Of a stretch of 64,000 nt of DNA, positions 1-12,683 are shown piece after piece (position 1 is the stretch's first letter; every line of letters starts with the position of its first letter). The notes under the pieces were generated by a model. That model saw only the letters and a program-made list of their open reading frames with translations, was not told the DNA's origin and did no database searches. Source of the stretch: Octopus vulgaris (lineage: Eukaryota); the NCBI GenBank assembly GCA_951406725.2, contig OX597823.1:21576001-21640000 (forward strand), in the 5' to 3' direction. A program made the translations under genes and the position numbers.

Positions 1-94
1 CATGAATAAATAAATAGATAAGTGGTAAGAATAAATATATGACAGAATGAATCGTTGTGGATTTAATGATTACTATTAGAAGTAATAACTTATT

Positions 95-284
<190 letters not shown>

Positions 285-865
285 ATTGAGTGAGAGAGCA
301 GTGCATGCCATCAAAGTGACACTGGGGTAAAATATATGAAGCCCAATATACCCATCATGACTACCCGTCTGATAAAGATACACCAGGCACATGCATCACA
401 ACCATATGTGCGCGACATGGTGATCTCATATCAAGATAAACAGCGCATGACCTTGCAGGTGGGGCCCAGTTAGAATTTTCTTCAGGTTGAGTAGCCCATC
501 CCGCTCAAAAGGACCCTGAATAAGGGTTGTTTAAGGATGTTGAAAGAACCACCCATGTTTCCAGAGGTGAATTATTCAAACCCCCAAGGATCCCTCTCAA
601 CACATGGCTATGATGCTCCCCCACTACTTCTGCTCGTGATCAGAGATGCACATATCGTCAGCCACTAAGGGACATGCTCAACTGGTTAAGGTCAAACAAC
701 TGACAAGCAAATCTGTGGCATTGAGCAGAATATTTGCTGTAGCCCATCTTTTATACCAAGACAAAACAATGTACATGATAACACTTCCAATCAGTTAAGA
801 TCAGAAGCCATTAGAGCCACTGCCTGGTACTGCATCAGGGCATCTGCCTGGTACTGCATCAGGGC

Positions 866-867
<2 letters not shown>
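285..867 (-). mobile_element. Non-coding retroposon (LINE 3'UTR or SINE-like) embedded in (AAT)n
   Basis: Highly similar to 2051-2598; a 3'-only fragment at ~945-992; ends in (AAT)n on minus. Confidence 0.7.
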
Positions 868-944
<77 letters not shown>

Positions 945-999
945 GAGTGAGAGAGCAGCGCATGCCATCAACGTCACAATGGGGTAAAATATTTCTATT

Positions 1000-1372
1000 A
1001 TTACTTCCGCCTTAGAGAAAGCGGAAGTATTATTTTCAGTCGTGTTTGTTTGTTTGTTTGTTTGGTTGGTTGGTTGTCCGTGGACAAGATTCGGATGAAA
1101 CTTTCGGGGATGTTTGGTCTCGTGACTGGCACGAAGTGATTAGATCTTGAGATCGATCCGATACCAGACACGGATTCTGAATTATTTTCCTTTTTTTTTT
1201 TGTTTTTTTTTTACTTAATTTTGGGGAGCGATCAGATTCATTTTTAGTATTCTTGTTTATGAGAGAAATCAAGTTTATTTCAGATATTCTCATTTCAAAA
1301 ATCATCCCTGACTAATCATTGAGAGGACGTTGGTGTTGCCTGGCGAAGGTTTGCGCCCTCTGAATGCTCTTA
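1000..1372 (+). mobile_element. Helentron-associated non-autonomous element (HINE/DINE-like)
   Basis: 5' acttccgcc..gcggaagt short inverted repeat, (GTTT)n, 3' ggcgaaggt sub-TIR plus small hairpin; T-rich flanks. Confidence 0.55.
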
Positions 1373-1391
1373 TTATTATTATTATTATTAA

Positions 1392-1448
<57 letters not shown>

Positions 1449-1465
1449 CATCATCATCATCATCA

Positions 1466-1517
<52 letters not shown>

Positions 1518-2050
1518 CATCATCATCATCATCATCATCATCAACATCATCAACATCAGCATCATCATCATCATCATCAACATCAGCATCATCATCACGG
1601 CGGTGAGCTGGTATCATCGTTTAAACGTTAGGAAAAGTGCTTAATGGTATATCATCCGTCTTTGAATTCTGAGTTCAGATTCCGCCGAAGTCGACTTTGC
1701 TTTTCATCTTTTGGGGATAAATAAGATAAGTACCAGTTGAGTATTGGGGTCGATTTAATCGACTATCCCACCCCAAAATTGCTTACCTTGTGCCAAAATT
1801 TGAAACTATTATTATTTATCTTTTCCTTCTTTCTTCAAATTTTCTTCCGTTTCTCGTCGAGTGTTTTCAGTATACCTAGGGCACAGAAGCTCATTGTATG
1901 CATTCCCAGATTACACACGCAAATTCACAGGTAAAATATGTATTTAAAAATTAATAAATAAATAAATTCATGAATGAATAAATAAATAATAATTAATAAT
2001 TAATTAAATAAAATTATTTATTAATTATTTATTGATTGTTATTATTATTC

Positions 2051-2598
2051 AGTGAGAGGGCAGTGCATGCCATCAAAGTGACACTGGGGTAAAATATATG
2101 AAGCCCAGCATACCCATCATGACTATCCGTCTGATAAAGGTACACCAGGCACATGCATCACAACCATATGTGCGCGACATGGTGATCTCATATCAAGATA
2201 AACAGCGCATGACCTTGCAGGTGGGGCCCAGTTAGAATTTTTTTCTGGTCGAGTAGCCCATCCCGCTCAAAAGGACCCTGAATAAGGATTGTTTAAGGAT
2301 ATTGAACGAAACACCCATGTTTCCAAACATGAATTATTCAAACCCCAAATAGTCCCTCTCAACACATGGCTATGATGCTCTCCCACTACTTCTGCTCGTG
2401 ATCAGAGAAGCACATATCGTCAGCCACTAAAGGACATGCTCAACTGGTTAAGGTTAAACAATTGACAAGCAAATCTGTGGTATTGAGCAGAATATTTGCT
2501 GTAGCCCATCTTTTATACAAAGATAAAAGAATGTACATGATAACACTTCTAATCAGTTGAGATCAGGAGCCACGAGAGCCACTTCCTGGTACTGCATC
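2051..2598 (-). mobile_element. Second copy of the (AAT)n-embedded retroposon
   Basis: Collinear with 285-845. Confidence 0.7.
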
Positions 2599-2649
<51 letters not shown>

Positions 2650-2650
<1 letters not shown>

Positions 2651-3168
2651 TCATTGTCTTCGCACAGCTTCTAACACTGGAGATATACTACGGTGTCAGC
2701 TGTTCACTACCAGTGAACGAAGGTAACATCTTTTATTTTTCGAGCACTTTTCGGAGTATTGGAGCGGTTTCAAACATTGTTGTTTTCCGCAAGTGCTCCA
2801 CCCTTATTGCAGCCCCTATTTTTTCATATACTTCTCAAGATTATTACTCTCTGTTGCCAGGGCCCCGACAATTTTTGGTACTACTACCACCTTTTTCAAC
2901 GACCACAACTGCTTAACTTCCCAAGCTAACCTTTCATATCTATCGACTTTTCTTTCTTCCTTATCGCATACCTTGTTGTTATCTGGGTATGTTATATCTA
3001 TGATACAGTACCGTTTGCTTTCTTTCTCAATTAACACTATGTCTGGTTTCCTATTTTCTATCTCATGGTCGCACTGAATCATTAAAATCCCATAGGATCT
3101 TTGCATTATCCTTTTCGATGATGCCTTCGGGTTTATGTTCGTACCACTTTTTTGCTCTGTCAAGTACA
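2650..3168 (-). mobile_element. 5'-truncated R4/Dong-clade non-LTR retrotransposon (restriction-like endonuclease domain) with (TAA)n tail
   Basis: WYEHKPEGIIEKDNAKILWDF / IQCDHEIENRKPDIVLIEK..IIDITYP..KVDRY..VGALA across a frameshift; short 3'UTR then (TAA)n. Confidence 0.85.
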
Positions 3169-3418
3169 TTATCATCATCATCATCACCACCACCATTATT
3201 AAGGCGGAGAGCTGGCAGAATCATTAGCACTCGGAGCAAAATGCTCCGCGGCATTTCGTCCGTCTTTACGTTCTGAGTTCAAACTTGCCTTTCATCCTTT
3301 CGGGGTCAATAAATTAAGTACGAGTGAAACACTGGGATTGATGTAATCAACTAGTCCCCTCCCACAAATTTCAAGCCTTGTACCTATAGTAGAAAGGATT
3401 ATAATTATTATTTTTATA

Positions 3419-3507
<89 letters not shown>

Positions 3508-3566
3508 TATCGTTATCACCATCAAGTAAAACGTATAAAATTTTTCGATCAGCAATAACCGTAAAA

Positions 3567-3809
3567 TATAAATTTAATAAAATTATTGGTTAATGAAATA
3601 GTAACACTTATCAAATAAGGTTTAACCATAAACCATCGTCATCGTCATCATCGTCGTTGTCGTCGTCGTCACCATCATCATCATCATCATCATCATCATC
3701 ATTATCCAACGGATAAAAATTATATCACTGATATAAATTTAATAAAATTATTGGTTAATGAAATAGTAATACTTATCAAATAAGGTTTAACCATAAACCA
3801 TCTTTATTG

Positions 3810-3840
<31 letters not shown>

Positions 3841-3854
3841 TATCCAATGGATAA
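3567..3854. repeat. Tandem duplication (~165-bp period) with variable (ATC/GTC)n
   Basis: tataaatttaataaaattattggttaatgaaatag...accataaaccatc present twice. Confidence 0.85.
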
Positions 3855-4691
3855 TTACTCATCCATTAAACTGGTAAGGACTCCGATGAATCTAAAGCTT
3901 ATAAAAATGTATATTATGTATTATGAAAATTACATAATTAAATCGGAGTCGCTTCCTTCAATAATATCGACCAAATAAAGTATTTAAACCCTTAATGAAT
4001 TAAAACATTAAAGCATTAAAAGATGTAGCAAATTGGGATCCGAATTTAAATGCTTAAGTTTTTTAAAGCATTTCACCAAGGGCTACACAAAAACAGGATT
4101 ATAAACCGTAATTTTAGATTTAATTATTGCAGTCATGCAAAATAGCGAGAGAATTAGAATATTGATGGTTTCATTATCACCTTTCTGCACACTCGATGAT
4201 GCTTTGCTGTAGAGTATTGTATAGCAGAAAGACATCTCCTTGCAGACGATGTGCGTTAAAAAGCACATTTGCTCCATGGGACACTCGAACGAGAAGAAGG
4301 GTTCTTAACTATAAGCTGTCGTATCAGTAAACCACTTCTCATGGAGGATGTGTGAGAATAAAAACTTTTTCTCCAGAGATATAAGCGGACTAAACACGAG
4401 CGGCAATTATGTCGAAACACCACATCTTAAGAGCTCACCCTGTCCCTTGTACTTTGCTTACACACATCACCTATAGTGAGAAGTTATTCTCCGATACGAT
4501 ATTCTATAGCGAAGAGTCATTTCCAAATTCTAAACTGTAGGAGCGTGTATCGATGTTTTCATTTTCACTGTCCTTGTAAAAATTTAATCTCAACTCGGCA
4601 AATCACCTCATGCATCAGCAAATGTTTTGTTTGTTGTTTTCTAAAGAGAGAAGCAGTAGCTTCAATTTAGCTTAAAAAGACTTGGTAGTGT

Positions 4692-4739
4692 CTACCACTG
4701 AAGAGGTGACAGTTACGCCGAAATAGCAGTGTCTGGTAG
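4692..4739 (+). ncRNA. Type I hammerhead ribozyme
   Basis: CUACCA-CUGAAGA-GG(ugacaguuacg)CC-GAAA-UAGCAGUG-UC-UGGUAG; perfect 6-bp stem I extended by AGUG/CACU; GUC cleavage triplet. Confidence 0.75.
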
Positions 4740-5864
4740 TCCACTTATATTCATTTAAGCAAAATTATTGTTTACATACATCGTCTACTGAAAGACGTCA
4801 TTCTCTAATACAACACCCTTCAGTAAAAATCATTTTCACGTTCTTGTGTGCAGGAACATTGTTAGAATGTATGCAGACATCAATATTAAAATATAATTGT
4901 TTTAATTTCAAAAATACAGTGCATGAATCTTTTAGCGGCTAAGCTATATTCAGCTATTTATTAATAATTGACTCTAACATAAAATTAATGGAGAGATGAG
5001 AAAATGTCTCTTAAGGCGACCCTAGTAGTTGTGGGAACTTTACTTTGCCAATCCCAAAGAAACGAAAGCCAAAGTTGCAGGTTTTGAAAACTAATTATTA
5101 ATAGTTTCTGATTTAGACAAAAGGTTAGCAGTTTTCAGAGGGGGAGAAGCAGACGATATCAAAGATCCCTGCACTTGACAGGTACTTTTTTTTATTCGAC
5201 CAATGAAGTAATGAAAGGCAAGATTAACCTCGACAGGATTAGTAAAGAGTCTGCAATAATTATTAATTATGATGAAAACAAAAGCATGTACATAAGAAGC
5301 TAATAATATATTGATTACATGAACCACAGTGCTAACATAGATTAGTAAATTATCTCATTAACAAATCGTAGGAAGGCAGCGAACTGACAAGATCGTTAAC
5401 ATGACGGATAACATTCTTATCGTTGTTTCGTCCGTCTTTAGGTTCTGAGTTCAAATTCCACGGAGGTCAACTTTTCCTTTCGGGGTCGATAAAATAAGTG
5501 CCAGTTGAGCACTGGGGAGTCGATGTAATCGCCTAACCCCACCCATTAAAAGTGATTAGCTTTATGTCAAGATTAAAAAGCATTGCAGGAGGAAGGCGAC
5601 GAGCAAGCAGAGTCGTAAGCTTGTCGGGCCAAATTCTTAGCGGCATTTCTTCTAGCTCTTTACGTACTAAGTTCAAATCCTTCGTGTGCTAAACTTTTAA
5701 ACAATTATTAAATCGGTGTAACAATTTCGAAACAAACCGTAATTCACAGTCGGGTTTTATAACGATTTTGGTTCTAGCTTTTTTAGTTATTTTCACCAGA
5801 CAGAAATTATCATCATATAAGCTATGTCAGAAATTATCACTATATTAACCAAAATAGAAATTAT

Positions 5865-5900
<36 letters not shown>

Positions 5901-5957
5901 GTAAATATCGAACGATGAAAATGAGTGCTCAGCATCGCAATGGTGCATGTAATTTCT

Positions 5958-6113
5958 TTATTTGTCAAGTAAGGCTACCATTGGTTTCATGTTAAGAAAA
6001 GTAGGAAAAAATATCATAGTGTCTTCATAATTTTGGCTTGAAAAGTTAAGACACTTGGATATTTTCCTACTCTTCTCAACATGAACCCAATGGTAGCCTT
6101 ACTTCACAAATAA
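5958..6113. repeat. Hairpin with ~68-bp arms
   Basis: aagtaaggctaccattgg..agtgtctt / aagacact..ccaatggtagccttactt. Confidence 0.85.
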
Positions 6114-6422
6114 CGATATGTGTGTATGTATGTGTGTACATATATATATATAGATATATACATATATGCATATATTCAGCATATTAACGTGTAAATATAA
6201 AGATATAACGGTAAACTAAGGCTATATCTTACGTTCTTCATAAGCAGAGTAATTACACAAAAGTATTTACATGTAAAACGCTGAATGTCGACGAATTGTT
6301 AAAGTATGAATAGAAACTTTTAAAACTTCTTAATGGGTTAAGAAAAAATTTAATGTGTGAAGTCTATGCATCTTTTTGCTTATAATTCCTTAATTTCAAA
6401 TTCAAATTTCTTATCCCGCCTC

Positions 6423-6832
6423 AGGAGTGGCTGTGTGGTAAGTAGCTTGCCTACTAACCACATGGTTCTGGGTTCAGTCCGACTGCGTGGCATCTTGGGC
6501 AAGTGTCTTCTGCTATAGCTTCGGGCCGACCAAAGCCTTGTGAGTGGATTTGGTAGACGGAAACTGAAAGACGCCTGTCGTATATATGTATATATATGTA
6601 TATGTATGTATATGTTTGTGTGTCTGTGTTTGTCCCTCTAGCATTTCTTGACAACCGATGCTGGTGTGTTTAAGTCCCCGTCACTTAGCGGTTCGGCAAA
6701 AGAGACCGATAGAATAAGTACTGGGCTTACAAAGAATAAGTCCCGGGGTCGATTTGCTCGACTAAAGGCGGTGCTCCAGCATGGCCGCAGTCAAATGACT
6801 GAAACAAGTAAAAGAGTAAAAGAGTAAAGAGT
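6423..6832 (+). mobile_element. SINE family B, full length
   Basis: ggagtggctgtgtggtaag head, ggttcagtcc B box, internal TA/TG tract, (AAAGAGT)n tail; other copies ~17990-18300(-), 40495-40700(-), 44660-44860(-), 45573-45705(-), 46605-47310(+), 54142-54305(+). Confidence 0.85.
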
Positions 6833-8639
6833 ATATAATAAAGGAATGATTACATCCACCATTATAGCTGCAGCGACTAGGAGAACCACATGCATGTATG
6901 TACTGTATCCAATATTGTTGTTTGCTATTTTGTGATTGTGTTGGCTGTGTTTCTAATCATTGTTGTTGCTGTTTTTTTATGGATGTCTTTGCTGTTTGTG
7001 ATCATTACTAATTTGTCCGTTTAAATCACCAGAAGGATATCTGATTTGCATAAACTTATCATATTGGTAAGCTGATACTCAATTTCTTGTTGTATTGTTG
7101 AATTCAATTGAAGGAGTGCCTTTACAAAAACCAAGGAATAATAAATACGTCAACTTTAGACAGAACTGAAGTGTTGAGAGATTAAACGATTGATATTCTC
7201 AATTTCGAACTGGGCAACATTCTATTGAAGGCGAAGCTAACAGCTACAAATAGAATTTGTGTATATTTTATGTTCTAAGTGAACTTAGAACATCATGTTG
7301 AAGTTAATTAACTGCCCTCTCTAGAGGCGACTTATCAAATGTCTTTCCCTCTTAACTCAAACAATAGAACATCGGAATTTTACGTTGTGCCGTTATATGT
7401 TATCTAAGAGTCACGGGTTCAAGTCTCCTGTAGGGGCAAGTTATTTTTTCTAAACACCGAGAGAACCTCCAAATGGTCGCTCAACTTACTAGAAGTAAGT
7501 GCTAAATCTTTCTCAAAGCACGTGCTTAAAATAAGAGGTATACAGTTGAGCTGTGGTGCTAGATATACTGAGTTTAAAAACATAGATTGGCGGATAACTA
7601 TGGATTGAGGGGTTGTTGATTACGTGGCTGCTTGATCAAAGCTGACCTGCGATAAACAACAACTCAAGGAAATATCTGTACATCAGTAATAAATAGGAAT
7701 GCATGACTCACGTATTGATGATCATATGCTACGACCACTAAGTCATTTTATCTCCGTTTAAATACTAATGAATCTTATAGACAGCAACTGCGATGGAGAT
7801 GACAAACATGTAAAATGACATCTAGTTTATCTCTAGAACTCCAGGATAAATAATTTGGAATGATTCATGAAACTAATTACATATAAGAGGAAATTCAGGT
7901 TTTAATTCATTATAGCCCGATCTCTCTACTTCTCATCAAGAGAAGTAATTTAAATAAAGATGATAGATAGATAAAGGGAGACAGATAGACAGGTACAGTA
8001 TCATACAAACAAGGAGACTGACATTCATTGAAAGAGGAAGACAGACAGAGAGGTATAGAGGGATAGAGACACAGATATGTATAAAAGGAAATTTCGATTT
8101 TAATTCATTACGCTTCAGTCTCTATAAATCTCATCAAGAGAAATAATGCAAATAAAGACGAGAGAGACACATAGACTGTAACTTAATCATACTAATAGAG
8201 AGATAGACACACAAAGAGGGATACAGAGACTCAAGAGAGGAGGTCTAATGAAGTATCAGTTGGGGTCTCATTTATTAACAATGTCCACTTGATTTGCATT
8301 ATAAAGTCGTTTGAAGCTATAAACCGATGTTAATCTAGCAAAATTCAGTCAATAATTACACATCAAGGACGTCTTTGATTTTATTTAATTTAATTAATAC
8401 AAACCATAATTATACGAGGAGCATTTGTTAAAGTATTAGGACATTGAAAAGGCGTTGTTTTATCACAGTTCTTGATTGCATAACAATTGAAAAATGAAAT
8501 TGGGATCTTGCAACAACAGTATCCCTTGTTCAAAACCACGTGACTTCTTTACTAATCACGCCCTCGTAACAGATAAAGGAGATCAGTTGTTACCTCACGT
8601 TTGCAATACGTTCGTTATATTCTGGAATAACAAAGTTAA

Positions 8640-8968
8640 GAAATATTATATTAAAATAATAATAACGAAATTATAGTATACAGTGCTCAGGTGCACCACA
8701 ACTTGTCAGAAAGTGCATATAAAGTACATGCAGTAATGTAAAAATGTCTGGAAAGCGAACAATGTATGAGTCAGATACATGCCTGTGTGTGTATGGAGGG
8801 GAGAAAATCAGGTGTAGTGTTGGCGAATCTCAGAAAGCATGGAAGTTTTGAAGGATGCAGTGCTCCGACAACTAACAACTGATGCCGGCAGTTTGTTCCA
8901 TGCTTCAGCAACTCTCAGCGTGAAAAAATGTTTCCTGAAGTCATGGGAGCTGTGCTGTTTTCTGACAT
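8640..8968 (-). mobile_element. CR1-clade LINE 3' end
   Basis: FRKHFFTLRVAEAWNKLPASVVSCRSTASFK then stop and 3'UTR. Confidence 0.8.
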
Positions 8969-9289
8969 TACTTTCACTCACTTCCTGTATGAAGATTAAC
9001 TGACGCTGAAGGAGAGTGTCTGGAAGGAAATGAACACATGTTTCTGTCTGAAATGTGAAGTTGATTCAGAGACTCCTTCATCAGTGCCGGTAATTATAAT
9101 TTTGAAGGTTACAGATGTATAGTGTTGAAGTTATAGTCGTTGGTAAAGGAGGAGCTACGTGAAGAAGTGAAAATATGTATAGAATTGAACAAACAAGTTA
9201 TATATGACGAGGGTAAGGTAAAAACTTTAATGTCAAATGAAATCTCATCAAGTCGACCTGAATTGAAAGTGATACACGAGTAGGGGCTT

Positions 9290-9710
9290 TAAATCTTAGT
9301 AGTAGCAGGCATGAGCTTCTAGAAAAGTGTAGTTTCATCAACACTGTTTACTTGCTCTGGTGTACATCTTCCTTTGGCAATCATTGTTTTCAGCTGCTCA
9401 GTGTTATTAGCAGCATTCTTTGCAACAGCAGTCAATTCTATGTTGTGGTAATTTAAGCGCTTTTTAAACTTTTCAAACCATCGTTAACTAACCAGACAAG
9501 TTTTTTCATTGGAAATTTCATCTTCCTTATTTCTGAAAAATTATCAAACAAGCTTTTGTTATTTTTTGAGGATAATCGTCCTTATCATTGATCTGATTCT
9601 CAATGCTTACACACAAGAGACGTCTCATTTTAAGCATCACATTAGATCTATAAAATAATAAGACCCACACAGCTAACGAAGTAGCTTCTTGATTATTTTT
9701 TCTCTCTATC
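9290..9710 (-). mobile_element. pogo/Tigger transposase relic (N-terminal part)
   Basis: WFEKFKKR...EQVNSVDETTLF*KLMP. Confidence 0.65.
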
Positions 9711-9885
9711 GTATTGTTCTCATTGTACATGTTGTAAGTGTTTTAGCAATGTCCATTTACTGAAATACGTGTATAGTCTATAAAACATATACCAAATAGC
9801 GTTTTCTATATTATTATTAATACTATATGCATACATCCATATGTACATACATTCATATATAATACATACATACCTATATACATAC

Positions 9886-9963
<78 letters not shown>

Positions 9964-10344
9964 TATATATTCAATTGTGAATTAGAAGCAGTGCTAGTAT
10001 TGTAAATGTTATCTACCACACATACACAATGTATATGTTTTGCTTGTTCGCCGGTTCTCCGCAGTTTAGCACAGTGGAGCTGACACACTCAAACCACTGG
10101 CTGTTCAAACACCTGGAATTTATAGACAAACGACATAGACAACTCACCCGTAAACCCATTCAGGGGTGATAAGTTGTCGATATTTCGCTATTTTTCTGGC
10201 TTACCAATATCTCATGTACCTGAATTGAACCAGGAGCGGTTTTAACAAACGTACACAAAATAGTTGTTTTAAGACCCAGTATCTTGAAGGAGTCATCCCC
10301 ACCGCGCTACGGCGCAACGTAGTGAACAAGCAAAACACTTACAT

Positions 10345-11158
10345 TGCGTTTGTGCGTCGTGATCCAAATTCAGCACCAGGGCCAGATAGTCTCCCAGCCA
10401 TGCTATTGTAAACTTGCGAAAACAGTGGTTATTTCAAATGTCGTTTGAAACCGGCATATTCCCAGAACTGTTGACAGAAGCAGCAGTAACACCTATCCAT
10501 AAAGAAGGTAGCAAGGGTGAAGCTAAAACTTACAGACATGTTTGTCTCACATCTCACACATCTAAAATTGTAGAACGCATTATCTGAAAAAGAATAACTG
10601 CGTATCTTGAGGAAAACAACCCCTTAAATAATACACAGCATGGTTTTCGGACTGGCACAACTATTACAACACCATAACACTATCCTCAATAATCTTCTGG
10701 TTGGAAAGGACACTGACTACATATACTTTGCTTTTGCTAAAGCGTTTGACAAGATTGATTATGGAATCATCTGTAATAGGATGAGGGATCTTGGCATCAT
10801 AGGAAAACTCGGATAATGGCTCTTTGACTTCCTACGGGGAAGGAATCATTCTGTTGCTGCAAACGGTTAACTCTCAGCCACATCACCCGTAATAAGTGGT
10901 ATACTTCAGGGTATGGTTCTAGGACCATTGTTATTTACCATAACCCTATCGGGCATAAGATCTCGAGTGCAATCGGGTAACCTAATGAGTTACACCAACA
11001 ACACAAAAATATCAACGGATATCCAAACTCCAGAAGATGCCATCTCACTCCAAAATGACCTAAACATTATTTATCAATGGGCGGATAAAAATAATATGGA
11101 ATTTAATACATCAAAATTTCAGGCCCTTCATTATGGAGGGAATAGACTTAAATCTCAA
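10345..11158 (+). pseudogene. Decayed CR1/L2-group reverse transcriptase
   Basis: SAPGPD, VTPIHKEG, YRHVCLTS, QHGFR, FAKAFDKI, SGILQGMVLGPLLF, LQNDLNIIYQWA; stops and degenerate catalytic motif (YTNN). Confidence 0.85.
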
Positions 11159-11365
11159 TATTTGGCGCCGATTACATCGGGAATAAAATTTCAAATGTCT
11201 TGGTTCCGGCGCGCTAAGAGACTCCTGAAGCGAAGGGCTGCAGTGAATAATTCACTGCGGGTAAAGCTTGAAATTTTATTCCCGATGTAATCAGTAAGAC
11301 TAAGCACGTGTCTGTCTTGACACAGAGAGCTGGGGTTAGTCTTTCAGTTTGCATCTCGAGGACCG

Positions 11366-11441
11366 AATGTACTGAAGAAGTCACGGACACTTGAATTATG
11401 CAAGTAATTCTTTTGTTAAGACCGAAACCGAGGTATGCATT
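11366..11441 (+). ncRNA. Type I hammerhead ribozyme with enlarged helix II
   Basis: AAUGUA-CUGAAGA-AGUC...GACC-GAAA-CCGAGG-UA-UGCAUU; inner GAAUUA/UAAUUC hairpin. Confidence 0.7.
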
Positions 11442-11701
11442 TAAGTCTGTTTTTTATTTAATTTTTCATATGTCCTGCCCGCCAAATTTGGTTCTGGTGT
11501 TCGCTGAATTCTTCCTCTAGAGAATTTCCCTTGTAGTTTGATCGTTTATGATCTATTTCTAGCATTCTGGCCGGCTACCTAGCAGGCCAGCCCTGCCAAT
11601 ATACACATATATTTGAATTTTCTCTGACTCCTCAGATTTTTTGAATGCTGGACTACTGGTTTTAAATTGATATTAAAATTAATATTAATTTATCTCCCTC
11701 A

Positions 11702-11756
<55 letters not shown>

Positions 11757-11757
<1 letters not shown>

Positions 11758-12152
11758 TCTCTCTTTACTCTTTTACTTGTTTCAGTCATTTGACTACGGC
11801 CATGCTGGAGCACCGCCTTTAGTCGAGCAAATCGACCCCGGGACTTATTCTTTGTAAGCCCAGTACTTATTCTATCGGTCTCTTTTGCCGAACCGCTAAG
11901 TGACGGGGACGTAAACACACCAGCATCGGTGGTCAAGCAATGCTAGGGGGACAAACACAAACACACACACACACACACATACATATTTATATACATATAT
12001 ACGACAGGCTTCTTTCAGTTTCCGTCTACCAAATCCACTCACAAGGCATTGGTCGGCCCGGGGCTATAGCAGAAGACACTTGCCCAAGATGCCCCGCAGT
12101 GGGACTGAACCCGGAACCCTGTGGTTGGTTAGCAAGCTACTTACCACACAGT
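11757..12152 (-). mobile_element. SINE family B, near full length
   Basis: Reverse complement of 6423-6832. Confidence 0.85.
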
Positions 12153-12160
12153 CATATATA

Positions 12161-12213
<53 letters not shown>

Positions 12214-12516
12214 AATAATATATATATGCATATATACATACATATATGTACATTCCTACATATATAGGTATATATATATGATTATATGGGTACAGGACGT
12301 CACAAAAACGTCAACAAAATGAGAAACGGGAACATAAGAAACAAAAACATGGAAAACGAAAAATGTTTTCGCACAACCAAAGAAACAAATAGAGAAACGA
12401 GACAGGCAACATAAAGAACTTTCCCTTCATCAGTTGTCCCCTGCTTTATCTCTACATATATATATGCGCATATGTATATAAGTGTGTGTTTCTATGTATG
12501 TATATGCATGTGTATA

Positions 12517-12571
<55 letters not shown>

Positions 12572-12626
12572 GTATATATATATATATGTGTGTGTACATA
12601 TATGTATATATATTACACATCTATTC

Positions 12627-12683
<57 letters not shown>

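Noticed and set aside
11195-11267. HDV-like, twister or pistol ribozyme inside the 25-bp stem
   Set aside because: Could not fit the required pseudoknot pairings or consensus residues
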